A stretch of DNA of 64,000 nt from Vicinamibacteria bacterium (GTDB lineage Bacteria; Acidobacteriota; Vicinamibacteria; Marinacidobacterales; Marinacidobacteraceae): positions 288,001 to 352,000 of the forward strand of contig OZ219815.1 in the NCBI GenBank assembly GCA_964291235.2. The letters are read 5' to 3'. Both the position numbers and the translations under genes were made by a program. Shown here in pieces: positions 25,726-35,466 of this stretch. The notes under the pieces were generated by a model, which had not been told where the DNA came from, searched no databases, and saw only the letters and a program-made list of their open reading frames with translations. How positions within the stretch are numbered: the stretch's first letter is position 1; each line of letters begins with the position of its first letter.

Positions 25726-28680
25726 ATGCAAAATCTGATTCGGCGTGCATCGGTGCTCGCCTTAGGGGGCGCTTTGACGGGCGCTTTGTTGCTTCCCGTC
25801 GCCGCCCTTGCGCAGGAATCCGCGACGCTCTCCGGGACGGTGGAAGACACCTCCGGGGGCGCTCTCCCCGGCGTGACCGTCACGGTCGTGGACAACAACA
25901 CCGGGCGGCAGAGCGTGGCGGTGACCGATGCCTCCGGTTCGTTCCGGGCGGCCGCGCTGCCGCCGGGGGCGTACCGGGTCGAAGCGACGCTCAGCGGCTT
26001 CGCCAACATGGTCGTTCCGGAGATCGAACTGCTGGTCGGCCAAAACGCCGACATCACGATCCAGATGGCGCTCGCCGGCGTCGAAGAGACGATCACCGTC
26101 ACCGCCGAGGCGCCGCTCGTGGACCTGGTGTCTTCGGAAGTGGCGGGCAACGTGGATCGCCGCATGATGGACGACCTGCCGGTGCAGGGCCGCAACTGGA
26201 TGGAGCTCGCGCTGCTCGTCAAGGGCATCACCGCGAACGACACCAACAACAATCGTCCCGGCATCACGCGCGACGAGAGTTTCCAACTCAATCTGGACGG
26301 CCAGCAGATCACCCAGCAGGTGGCGAGTTCCGGCTTCGGTCAGCCCAAGTTCAGCCGTGAGGCCATCGCCGAGTTCCAGATCGTCACCAGTCAATTCGAC
26401 GTGACGCAGGGCCGCTCCTCCGGAGGCCAGGTGAACGCCATCACCCGCTCGGGCACCAACAATTTCACCGGCAGCGTGTACGGATACTTCCGTGACGACC
26501 GCTTCAACGCCGAGGATCACATCGCCGAAGAAGTGCTCCCGTTCGAGAACCAGCAAATAGGTGGTGTCTTCGGTGGCCCCATCGTCGCCGACAAGGTCCA
26601 CTACTTCGTCTCTTACGAGTACGAGGGGCAGCCGGGCAGCGTTTTCGTCCAGCCGGCCCGCCTCCCGAACCAGGAGTGGGTGTTCGAGACGCCGGAAACG
26701 CAGAACAGCTTCACCGCGCGCGTTGACCACACCGCCTCCGACAAGGACCAGTTGTCCTACCGGGTTTCCTACTGGGACTTCGCAACCGACTTCTCCCTGT
26801 CGAGTTCAGCGCATCCCTCGAACGCCCGGGCGCGCACGCAGGATTCAACGAACGTGCTCGCCACCTGGAGTCATCTGTGGAGCACGGAGGTCTTTACCGA
26901 GCTGAAGCTCGGCTACAACGGCTTCGAGTGGACGAACAAGCTGGCCGATACGGCGATCGGCGGCTGTGACCAGACCTTCGGCCAGCCGCAGCAGGATCAG
27001 TCCAGTTGTCAACCGAACTACGTCTTTCCGGGGATCACGTTCGGCGGGCCGCGGAACTTCCCGCAGTTGTTCACTCAGGATGTGTTCTCCGCCCGTTTCC
27101 AGTTGAACTGGGACAAGACGGAACACGACGTGAAGCTCGGCGCCGAGTTCCTGAGCTGGAAGGACGGCGGCGAGTGGCACCTGCTCGAGCGGGGCGAGTT
27201 CATCTTCAACGAGCGTCCCGCCGACCTCGAACGCCGCTTCCCCATCGAGTGCGCCACCAACCCGAGCTGCTGGGACGTGAGCGGGCTCGACCACACGGTC
27301 GCCCGCTTCAGCCAGAACGTCGGTAACTGGATCATCGATATCCCCCGGCCGACCTGGGCCGCCTGGCTGGCCGACACCTGGCGGGTCAACGACAACCTGG
27401 TCGTGAACTTCGGCGTCCGCTACGACCTGGACTGGGGCGCCTTGGCGCCCCCGGGCAACGACATCATGACGCCGTTCGCCGGACCGAGCGAGGGCCGGTC
27501 AGCCGGAGACTCCCTCTACAAGTGGGACATCCGCGACACCAACAACTTCGCGCCCCGCGGCGGATTCGCCTATGACGTCGGCGGCACCGGCGATCTGGTC
27601 ATTCGCGGCGGATCGGGCATCTATCACACGATCAGTTCGTCGAACGTCACGTTCAGCCAGCAGTCCTTCAACGGCCAGCGCATCCTGGTGAACTCGTTCC
27701 CGAACGACGGGATGCCCGGCTTCTTGCAGGACCCCACCCGGGGAGTGACGCCGCAGCAGATCCTGAACGGCGAAGTGCCGGTTCCGCCGCAGGCGCCACG
27801 GACGATCGCCCACAACTTCTCCCTCCCGTACACCTGGCAGACCTCCATCGGTTTCCAGAAGCAGCTCGGCGCGGTGTGGGGATTCGAGACCGACCTGCTC
27901 CACTGGAAGGAAACCAACACTCCGCGCGCCACGGACCCGAACCAGATCTACGACCCGGTGACCGGCTACAACATTCCGGGCCGGCTGGATCCCAACTTCA
28001 CCCGGATCCGCTACATCGAGAGCACGGGCAAACAGGACTACCTGGGGCTCTCCAGCGGGCTGCGGCGCCGGTTCCGGGACAACTTCCAGATCAACGTGAC
28101 GCACACCATCATCTTCTACAAGAATGACGACACCCGCGGCTGGTTCGACTTCCCGAACAACACGTTCGATCCGGATGCCGAGTGGGCTTCTTCGCTCGAC
28201 TTTCAGGTGAACACGTTCCGTATCAACGGGATCTATCAGCTTCCCTACGACTTCTCGATCTCCGGCGCCTACTTCTACGGCTCCGGCAACCGTTTCGATA
28301 CGACCATCGGCGGCCGGCCGTACGGGAAGAGCGCGAGCCGGAATCGCCTGAACCTCGGAGATCCGATCCAGGTGAATCCGGACGTTCTGGATCGTTTCGA
28401 CGGACCCTCCACGATCGGCACCGGCCCCGGCAACGAAGCGCCGAGGAACGCGCTGCTGGGCGAGGCGCTGCACAAGGTTGACGTTCGCCTTTCGAAGGTC
28501 TTCAACTTCGGACCGGTGAGAGCCTCCGCCATCGCCGAGGTCTTCAACCTGCTCAACCACGAGAACTACGGCGCCTACAACGGGACCATCGACTCCAGCA
28601 GTTTCGGCTCTCCGCGGCAGGTCACTTCCACCGCCTACGGGCCACGGGCGGCGCAGTTCGCCTTCCGCCTGGAGTTCTAG
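25726..28680 (+). CDS. TonB-dependent receptor, Oar-like, with N-terminal carboxypeptidase-regulatory-like domain
   Basis: GTVEDTSGGALPGVTVTV, LPVQGRNW, AIAEFQIVTSQFD..GRSSGGQVNAITRSGTN, NNFAPRGGFAYD, C-terminal QFAFRLEF. Confidence 0.92.
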   Translation: MQNLIRRASVLALGGALTGALLLPVAALAQESATLSGTVEDTSGGALPGVTVTVVDNNTGRQSVAVTDASGSFRAAALPPGAYRVEATLSGFANMVVPEIELLVGQNADITIQMALAGVEETITVTAEAPLVDLVSSEVAGNVDRRMMDDLPVQGRNWMELALLVKGITANDTNNNRPGITRDESFQLNLDGQQITQQVASSGFGQPKFSREAIAEFQIVTSQFDVTQGRSSGGQVNAITRSGTNNFTGSVYGYFRDDRFNAEDHIAEEVLPFENQQIGGVFGGPIVADKVHYFVSYEYEGQPGSVFVQPARLPNQEWVFETPETQNSFTARVDHTASDKDQLSYRVSYWDFATDFSLSSSAHPSNARARTQDSTNVLATWSHLWSTEVFTELKLGYNGFEWTNKLADTAIGGCDQTFGQPQQDQSSCQPNYVFPGITFGGPRNFPQLFTQDVFSARFQLNWDKTEHDVKLGAEFLSWKDGGEWHLLERGEFIFNERPADLERRFPIECATNPSCWDVSGLDHTVARFSQNVGNWIIDIPRPTWAAWLADTWRVNDNLVVNFGVRYDLDWGALAPPGNDIMTPFAGPSEGRSAGDSLYKWDIRDTNNFAPRGGFAYDVGGTGDLVIRGGSGIYHTISSSNVTFSQQSFNGQRILVNSFPNDGMPGFLQDPTRGVTPQQILNGEVPVPPQAPRTIAHNFSLPYTWQTSIGFQKQLGAVWGFETDLLHWKETNTPRATDPNQIYDPVTGYNIPGRLDPNFTRIRYIESTGKQDYLGLSSGLRRRFRDNFQINVTHTIIFYKNDDTRGWFDFPNNTFDPDAEWASSLDFQVNTFRINGIYQLPYDFSISGAYFYGSGNRFDTTIGGRPYGKSASRNRLNLGDPIQVNPDVLDRFDGPSTIGTGPGNEAPRNALLGEALHKVDVRLSKVFNFGPVRASAIAEVFNLLNHENYGAYNGTIDSSSFGSPRQVTSTAYGPRAAQFAFRLEF

Positions 28681-28696
28681 GATCGGTTAGCCCCCA

Positions 28697-28726
28697 GGAG
28701 GCCGGCGGCCGGGTCCGCCGGTCTCC
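28697..28726 (+). terminator. GC-rich stem-loop downstream of the receptor gene (possible terminator)
   Basis: GGAGGCCGGCGG...CCGCCGGTCTCC stem with one G-U pair; no U-tract. Confidence 0.35.
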
Positions 28727-28811
28727 GGCAAGGAGCGCCAAGGTGCTCCCGGCGGATCGGCCACTGCGCGAAGCAGCCAAAAGTCGCCCTTACGGGCGCT
28801 GAGAAACCTAT

Positions 28812-28988
28812 AGGAGCGCCGGCCTCCGGCCGGCATCGCCGAGCAAAGCGAGGCGAAACTCCCCGACTTGGTCGGCCTCGACGGCACCAACCCAAGCGGG
28901 GACAGCGCATCGCCGTACGAGCAGGAATCCCCACCGGGAGACGTGGGCCGGCCTCCGGCCGCGATGCCGGCCAGAGGCCGGCGCTCCT
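28812..28988. repeat. REPIN-like element: inverted REP copies at 28812-28839 and 28961-28988
   Basis: aggagcgccggcctccggccggcatcgc and its reverse complement with 1 mismatch; internal block ccccaccgggaga..tgggccggcctcc is shared with 14399-14427. Confidence 0.85.
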
Positions 28989-29333
28989 GCCAACCGGAGT
29001 GCCGCGTCGCCCTTTACTAGCCCTAGGCGACATCCGACTTTGGTGCGCCGACGCCGAAGACTCAAACCGCCCCCCGTTCTACGGCCCGAACCCGCCATCC
29101 GGTTCGCGAGCATGACGGACTCGGGTCTTCAAGACGACTACTGACGCCGAATTTAACAGCTCGGCAGTCACTTGGTATATTCGGCGCCATCCAATCGTGA
29201 TAACTCCGCGATACGCATTTCTCTTGGAGTGCCTTGCGGTCCTTCATCGACCGGAGTCTGCTTGAGGGCGGCAAATCCGTCTAACGGATGGTCCGGAGTT
29301 CGGAATGGCTGTTGGGAAAGGCTCGGCCACACT

Positions 29334-31061
29334 ATGGATGCAGGCGCCCTGACGAGGAGCCTCGCGCCGCTTGTCGGGGCCGCGGTTCTCGGTCTCGTGT
29401 TGGCGACGTGCGGAGGAGCCACGCCGACTACGCTGCCAGCGACTCCGACTACACCGTCAGCGCCCACGGTCGCCTCGCTCGAGGTGAGCGGGACAGGCGT
29501 GCTGACCTCTATCGGCGAGACGACGCAGTTCATGGTGACCGCCACACTGTCCGACGGCTCGACGCACCCCGTAGAAGCCGCGGAGATCCACTGGGAGTCC
29601 TCCGATCCGGCGGTGGCCACCGTGTCGGACGGCCTCACAATCGGCGTGGGAGGGGGGAATGCGACGCTCACCGCGACCTATGAAGGGCAGGCCGCCGAGA
29701 TCCCGGTCTCCGTTCGTATTTCCCTGCGGACCGAGCGCACCGTGCGCGTCATCTATGCATCGCCGGCGGACCGACAGTTCCGCGCCGATTACAGCGAGGT
29801 GATCACGCACGCGATCGTGGACCTCCAGTCGTGGTACCGCCGTCAGACCGGAGGACTAACGTTTGAACTCTTCGAAGCCACACCCGAGTGGTGCCAGATG
29901 CCGGGAGATCACGACTACTACAAACAGGGCGACTCGTGGAAGAAGATCGTGGAGGGCGTACAGCACTGCGCCCCTGTGAGCCGCGACGGAGAGGAGCACA
30001 CCTGGCTCCTCTATGCGGACGTGAAGGAGGAATGCGACAAACCGTTCCCCGCCGGACGTACCTTGGGAAAGGGCGCACCCGGCCTCACAATCCTTCACAA
30101 GGAAGACTTGGAGGGGCTGAATGCGCTGGGCGCTCAGACGGTTACAACCGTTGGCTGCAACGGGACGTTCGTCGAGACTCCAGACCGCTGGATCGGTGGC
30201 GCAGGACACGAGCTGGGCCACGCGCTATGGCTTCCCCATCCGCCGGGGTTCGACGACGGTCTCCCGTCGGCTGACGGCGCGGCGCTCATGGGCGTCGGCT
30301 TTACGACCTATCCGGACACCTATCTGCGCTTCGACGAAAAGGAAGTGCTGTTTCGCAATCCGTTCATCAAAGCGGAGGAGACACCAACGAACGAGTCTGG
30401 CGCGAGGCGCCTTACCTCGCCAGTCCAAGGGACCGTGCTGAGCCCGAGCGGCGTCCCCATAGAAGGGATTCAGGTCTCGCTGCTAACCGACGGGTTCTGG
30501 AACTGGAGCGAGACGGCGAGCGACGGAAGCTTCGAGATTGGCGTTTCCGAGGGAACGTCCGGCCCCTTCGCGCTGTCTGTCCATGCCGGGAAAACGGCGG
30601 ACTGCACCTGGTTGGGCTACTACGGTCCTGACGGTCTGACCTCACTGCGCCATCGCGCCAGCCCCGTCTTCGCCGATCAGACCGGAGTCGAGATCCGGCT
30701 TCCCTCGACGCCGCATGAGTTGTGCGGAAGAGACAGGGTGCTGACGGGAACGGTGTTCGGGCCGGACGGGCGGCCCGTCGCCGGGACCGAGATTCGGATC
30801 GGGGCGTACTGTTGTTTCTGGCCGTTGGGCCGCGACGGCAGTTTCGAGATTCCGGTTCGTTGGCCCTCGGGGTTCGGTGGACTCACAGCTGAAATCGTCA
30901 GGATCAGACTCGATCGTTGCGGAAACGAAGACGTGGGCTACTACGGCTTGGGCGGATGGACCGACCGGCGGGAGGACGCTCTGTTTGTCGAGGTTGGTGC
31001 TGTCGGGAGCGCCATTGAAATCAACCTTCCGGCCAATCCGCAGGCACTGTGCCGGCCATGA
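29334..31061 (+). CDS. Probable lipoprotein: Ig-like (Big_2) domain, zinc metalloprotease domain and carboxypeptidase-regulatory-like repeats
   Basis: LVLATCGG lipobox-like, WESSDPAVATVSDG, HELGHALWLPH with ALMG Met-turn, two GTV..P.G.P..G modules. Confidence 0.72.
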   Translation: MDAGALTRSLAPLVGAAVLGLVLATCGGATPTTLPATPTTPSAPTVASLEVSGTGVLTSIGETTQFMVTATLSDGSTHPVEAAEIHWESSDPAVATVSDGLTIGVGGGNATLTATYEGQAAEIPVSVRISLRTERTVRVIYASPADRQFRADYSEVITHAIVDLQSWYRRQTGGLTFELFEATPEWCQMPGDHDYYKQGDSWKKIVEGVQHCAPVSRDGEEHTWLLYADVKEECDKPFPAGRTLGKGAPGLTILHKEDLEGLNALGAQTVTTVGCNGTFVETPDRWIGGAGHELGHALWLPHPPGFDDGLPSADGAALMGVGFTTYPDTYLRFDEKEVLFRNPFIKAEETPTNESGARRLTSPVQGTVLSPSGVPIEGIQVSLLTDGFWNWSETASDGSFEIGVSEGTSGPFALSVHAGKTADCTWLGYYGPDGLTSLRHRASPVFADQTGVEIRLPSTPHELCGRDRVLTGTVFGPDGRPVAGTEIRIGAYCCFWPLGRDGSFEIPVRWPSGFGGLTAEIVRIRLDRCGNEDVGYYGLGGWTDRREDALFVEVGAVGSAIEINLPANPQALCRP

Positions 31062-31115
31062 GCGACGGGTGGACCCACCCGAGAGAAGGCGGAACACGTT
31101 GAGGCCCTACGAGGA

Positions 31116-32249
31116 ATGCAGGCCGGCGGCGCGGGGCGTGGTCCGCCGGTCTCCGGCCAGGATGGTGGTGCGGACGGCTTGGACGGCCGGCCGGTTCGCG
31201 CGGTAGCGGCCTTCAGACAGGGGCCAGCAAGACGACTGGCCCTACCATTCCTCGCCGTCTTGCCAACCAACCCGGCACCGTCGCCGACCCAGCCGTTCCA
31301 GACCTCGGAATACCTCCCGATCGGCGGGATCGAGCAGTGGGTCTCGACCCGGGGCAGCGACCCCGGCAATCCCGTCCTGCTGATCGTTCATGGGGGGCCG
31401 GGTTACAGCAACGCCTCCGTCACCCACGCGTTTGACTCCTGGCAACAGGACTTCACGATCGTGGACTGGGACCAGCGCGGAGCGGGTCGCACCTTCATGC
31501 ACAACGGTCTCGACGGGAGCCGCCACATCAGTCTGGACCGCATCGCTCGAGATGGAGTCGAACTGGCCAGGCTCCTGAGAGAGCGGTTCGAACAGCAGCA
31601 GATCACTGTCGTGGGTCTCTCCTTCGGGTCGGTCATCGCGCTGAAGATGGTCACCCTGGATCCGTCCCGGTTCGAGGCGTACATCGGCAGCGGACAGCTC
31701 GTGAGCGGCCCCGACGGAGACGCACTGGGCTTCCGGGAAACACTGAAAGAGGCGCGTCGCACCAACAATCGGGAAGCGATGGACGCGCTGGAGGAGATCG
31801 GGCCCCCTCCCTGGCGCGACGCGCAGACCTGGTTCTTGGCCAAGAGCTGGGCCGGCCGCCTGACGAGGCCGGAAGATCCGGCGAGCAAGATTCGGCTGGA
31901 CGAGTTGCTGGAAGGCCTGCTGAAGCGGGGGTATTCGCGGGAAGAGCTGGAGGGGATCAGGCGAGGCGCGGCGCTCACCACGTATCGGTTGGCTCCGCAC
32001 ACGGCAAATTTCGACGCCCGACGATTCGCGGCCCGGGTGGAAGTCCCCGTCTACCTGTTCCAGGGCGAGAACGATCTCAACGCGGCCACCGGCCTTGCGG
32101 TCGAGTGGTTTGACGCCGTCCAGGCGCCGCGCAAGGTGCTACGCATCGTCCCGGGCGGAAGTCACGGCGCCTTCTACGCAAGTTCCGACGAGTTCCGCGC
32201 GTTCGTGCTGGAGGTGATGGATCCGAAACAGCGCACCTCCCATCCCTGA
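31116..32249 (+). CDS. Alpha/beta hydrolase, proline iminopeptidase-like; start uncertain
   Basis: IGGIEQWV, LLIVHGGPG, WDQRGAGRT, GLSFG nucleophile elbow, FQGEND, GGSH. Confidence 0.85.
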   Translation: MQAGGAGRGPPVSGQDGGADGLDGRPVRAVAAFRQGPARRLALPFLAVLPTNPAPSPTQPFQTSEYLPIGGIEQWVSTRGSDPGNPVLLIVHGGPGYSNASVTHAFDSWQQDFTIVDWDQRGAGRTFMHNGLDGSRHISLDRIARDGVELARLLRERFEQQQITVVGLSFGSVIALKMVTLDPSRFEAYIGSGQLVSGPDGDALGFRETLKEARRTNNREAMDALEEIGPPPWRDAQTWFLAKSWAGRLTRPEDPASKIRLDELLEGLLKRGYSREELEGIRRGAALTTYRLAPHTANFDARRFAARVEVPVYLFQGENDLNAATGLAVEWFDAVQAPRKVLRIVPGGSHGAFYASSDEFRAFVLEVMDPKQRTSHP

Positions 32250-32263
32250 CCCCAAGCAAGCGC

Positions 32264-32289
32264 GTAGGAGCGCCGGCCTCCGGCCGGCA
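32264..32289 (+). repeat. REP copy with 5' GTAG tetranucleotide
   Basis: GTAGgagcgccggcctccggccggca; between convergent genes. Confidence 0.8.
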
Positions 32290-32302
32290 CACCTTCCCCT
32301 TT

Positions 32303-33862
32303 CTAGTTGGCCCCCCCACCGCTCGACAGCTCCGCCGCCAGGTCGTCCAGCGCCACGGGCCAGCGCGGATGGCGGGCGGCCCTGATTTCCGCCAGCGGAC
32401 CCGCCACGACGGTCACGAAGGCCTCCGGGTCCAGGTATTCCTGGGCGACCCTCTTGACGTCGGCGGCCGTGACGGCCTGGACGGCCTCGCGCCAGCCCAT
32501 GAGGCGGTCCGTACCGCCGTGGCGCGCGTGCTCCACCGCAAAGGTCTGACTGGCGCTGGTCGCGATTTCGAGCGACCGCCGCCAGACCGCCCCGAGCAAC
32601 CAGCCCCGGGCGCGGGTCACCTCGGCGCCGGTCACCGGCTCCACCGGATCGTGCATCCGCTGCAGCTCATCCAGGCTGTAGCGGACGAGGGGCCCCACCG
32701 CCTCCGGACGTCCGCCGGTGCGCACGAGCAGGAGGCCGGTCCCGGACGCCGTCTCCGGGACCTCGAAGTCGTCCCGGTTGGCGAGGCCGCGCATCTCGCG
32801 GGCGACGATGTTCAGCCGTTCGGCGAGGATGAACTTGAGGACGGCCAGCGCGGCACGGTCCGATTCGGGGACGGCGCCGACCGCGCGGCCGATGGCGATC
32901 CAGCCTTCGAGGCTCGGGACGTCCACAGCGTGGAAGCGGGTCGATGTCTCGCCGGGGGCAATCACGACGGGCGCCGGCGCCGGCTCCCTGCTCGGCTCCC
33001 AACCACCGGTCGCTGATTCCAGCGCCTCCTCCACCTCCTGGCGCGACACGTCGCCCCCGACCCCGAACACCACGCGGTCGGCCACGAAGCTTCTTCCGGC
33101 GAGCGCCCGCACCGCGGCGAGCGAGACCGTCGTCCCCGGCTCCGGCGGCGCCAGCGGGTACCCACCCAGCCGGCGCTCCAGCTCGACCTTGGGGCGGTAG
33201 CCGTCGCCGTCGATACCCGCCATCGGCATGCGGTAGCCGGGGCCCGCCCGGTACTCGCGGACGGTCGTCGCGTCGAGGTCCGGATCCCGGACGAGTTCCA
33301 CCAGCAGCGCCAACCCCTCGCGCCAATCCTCGGGCAGCACGTTCAGGGCAAGATGCGTGACGTCGAGGGTCTCCACGACGCTCAGCGACGTGCCCAGCTC
33401 GGCGAGCCGCAGCGAGAGCGGACGGACGGCCTCCGCGGCGCCCCGCGTCGTCAGCAGATGGGTCAGGAGCGCCGAAGCGCCGGCTTCGCCTTCGGCCTCG
33501 TGGAGCCGACCGAGCGGCAGCGCGGCCGTGATGCGCACCAGCGGATCATCGGGTGCGGGCACGATGTAGGCCCGGACGCCGGCCGAGGTCTCGAGCAGGG
33601 CTTGACCCGGATCCGGCGGGGTGAACGCCGCTGGTCCGCCCGCGAGTTCACTCGGGTCCGGCCAGTCGTGCTCGAAAACGGACCGCGAGCGGCCGGGGAG
33701 GGTGTCCTCGGCGCCGCATCCACCGAGGGCGCGCAAACCAGCCAAGGCGAGCACCGTCGCGATCACCACGACCCGGGCAATCCACCTCTTGGAGCGCAGC
33801 GAAGGGTCCGAACGCATCCGATTCGCCCGCTCCAGGCGCGCGGCGAGCGTCTCGGCTTTCAT
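32303..33862 (-). CDS. M16 peptidase family non-catalytic subunit
   Basis: M16-like sequence lacking HxxEH; C-terminal VQAVTAADVKRVAQEYL; ATGA overlap with the upstream M16 gene. Confidence 0.78.
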   Translation of the reverse strand: MKAETLAARLERANRMRSDPSLRSKRWIARVVVIATVLALAGLRALGGCGAEDTLPGRSRSVFEHDWPDPSELAGGPAAFTPPDPGQALLETSAGVRAYIVPAPDDPLVRITAALPLGRLHEAEGEAGASALLTHLLTTRGAAEAVRPLSLRLAELGTSLSVVETLDVTHLALNVLPEDWREGLALLVELVRDPDLDATTVREYRAGPGYRMPMAGIDGDGYRPKVELERRLGGYPLAPPEPGTTVSLAAVRALAGRSFVADRVVFGVGGDVSRQEVEEALESATGGWEPSREPAPAPVVIAPGETSTRFHAVDVPSLEGWIAIGRAVGAVPESDRAALAVLKFILAERLNIVAREMRGLANRDDFEVPETASGTGLLLVRTGGRPEAVGPLVRYSLDELQRMHDPVEPVTGAEVTRARGWLLGAVWRRSLEIATSASQTFAVEHARHGGTDRLMGWREAVQAVTAADVKRVAQEYLDPEAFVTVVAGPLAEIRAARHPRWPVALDDLAAELSSGGGAN

Positions 33863-35466
33863 CGTTCGTCGCCCCGCAGCTTGGACCAGGCGAACTCGAG
33901 CCAGCTCGGCCCGCTTCCCTCCGGCGGTTCCGACCGCGCGACCGCGATCACCCGGTTGGAAGGCACGAAGTAGGCCGCCGCGACCCGCTGCACGTCCGCC
34001 GCCGTCGCCGCGTCCCGCGCCTCGATCAGGTCGGGCAGCACGCTCCAGTGGTTCATCGCGAAGTGGTGGCCGACCAGGAAGGCAAGCTCCTGGGTGTTGT
34101 CGAGGAATTCCGCCCACTCGACGCGGAGGCGCTTCTTCGCCCGCGCGAGCGCCGCGGCGTCGATGCGGCCCTCCCGGAGATCTCCCGCTGCATCCAGCAA
34201 CGCCCCCTCGACGCCCCCTAGATCGCCGTCGCGTCCCGCGTGCGCCACCAGGTTGAACGCCCCCGGCGACCCGAAGCGGAAGGTGTGGATGACCCGGAAA
34301 TCGGCGGTGACCGAAGCCGAAAGACCACGCGCCGCCACCGCCTGCCCGGCCATCCCGTGCGGCCCGCCGAGCAGCGCGGCGATGAGGTCGAACACCGGCC
34401 GGTCGGGGTGGCCCATCCCGGGGATGCGGTAGCGCAGGTGGACCTGCGGCGAGAGCGGCTCCGTCCAGTCGAGGCGAACGGACCCGCTGGGCACCGGCTC
34501 GGCCTCGACATCGAGATCGAGCGGGGGTTCGGGCCCACGGGGCAGCACTCCGAAATACCGCTCCGCGAGCGGCACGACCTCATCCAGCGTCACGTCGCCG
34601 ACCAGCACCAGCGCCGCGTTGTTCGGCACGAAGTAGTCGTCGTAGATCTGGTACATCGCGTCCCTGGTGAAGTTCCCGAAGTCGCGCACGTGCCCGCCGT
34701 CCGGGACGTAGATCGGGTGCACCTGGGCCGTCACGCCGTCGATCGCCTCGTTGAAGCGAGTCTGCGGATTGCCCTTGCCCCCGAGGATCTGCTCCAGCAC
34801 GGTGAAGCGCTGCGCCTCCCAGCCCCTCAGGACCGCGTTGACCAGGCGATCGGCCTCCAGCCGGAAGAAGAGTTCCAGGTGCTCCTTCGGGAGCGCCATG
34901 TTCATCTCCATGTAGTCCTGCTCGGTGCTGGCCGGCACCGGGTCCGTGTGGCGCACGTAGCCGCCGTGCTGCATGTACCACTTGTAAGAGGTCCAGAAGT
35001 CCCGGTACTCGTCGTCCCGGTCCTCGAGCTCGTAGAGCCGCTGCCGGAGCGCCTCGATCTCGGGCGTGACCGGCCAACCCAGCTCGTCGTAGAAGACGGC
35101 GCGCTCCCGAAGCTCGTTGCGCTCGCGATTCCGCATCGCGATGAGCTCCTGCTCGGTGTCGTGGATCTCCTGCAGGATGGGCCGCTCGGCGGCCAGATCG
35201 CTGGTCCCGACCGTAGTGGTCCCCTGATGGATGACGTGCTCGAGAAAGTGCGTGATCCCGTGCTGTCCTACCGGCTCCGCCATGGAGCCGACCCGCACCC
35301 ACAGATTCGCGGCCACCCGGGGCCGGCGGTGGTCTTCGACCAGCAGGATGGTGAAGCCGTTGTCGAGGACGTGCTCCTGGATCTCGAGCGGCCCGGAGGC
35401 GATTTGGGCGGACGCCGGCGCGCCCGCCAGGGCGCTGGCCAGGATAGAGAAGAACAGGGTTCTCAT
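33859..35466 (-). CDS. Secreted M16B (insulinase/pitrilysin) family protein
   Basis: Signal MRTLFFSILASALAGAPASAQ; LDNGFTILLVED; VGSMAE..GITHFLEH (HxxEH). Confidence 0.88.
   Translation of the reverse strand: MRTLFFSILASALAGAPASAQIASGPLEIQEHVLDNGFTILLVEDHRRPRVAANLWVRVGSMAEPVGQHGITHFLEHVIHQGTTTVGTSDLAAERPILQEIHDTEQELIAMRNRERNELRERAVFYDELGWPVTPEIEALRQRLYELEDRDDEYRDFWTSYKWYMQHGGYVRHTDPVPASTEQDYMEMNMALPKEHLELFFRLEADRLVNAVLRGWEAQRFTVLEQILGGKGNPQTRFNEAIDGVTAQVHPIYVPDGGHVRDFGNFTRDAMYQIYDDYFVPNNAALVLVGDVTLDEVVPLAERYFGVLPRGPEPPLDLDVEAEPVPSGSVRLDWTEPLSPQVHLRYRIPGMGHPDRPVFDLIAALLGGPHGMAGQAVAARGLSASVTADFRVIHTFRFGSPGAFNLVAHAGRDGDLGGVEGALLDAAGDLREGRIDAAALARAKKRLRVEWAEFLDNTQELAFLVGHHFAMNHWSVLPDLIEARDAATAADVQRVAAAYFVPSNRVIAVARSEPPEGSGPSWLEFAWSKLRGDER

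Noticed and set aside
34580-35462. 828-aa M28 ORF as a real multidomain protein
   Set aside because: The tail is Arg/Pro/Gly-rich off-frame read-through over the M16 gene caused by the frameshift near 35550.
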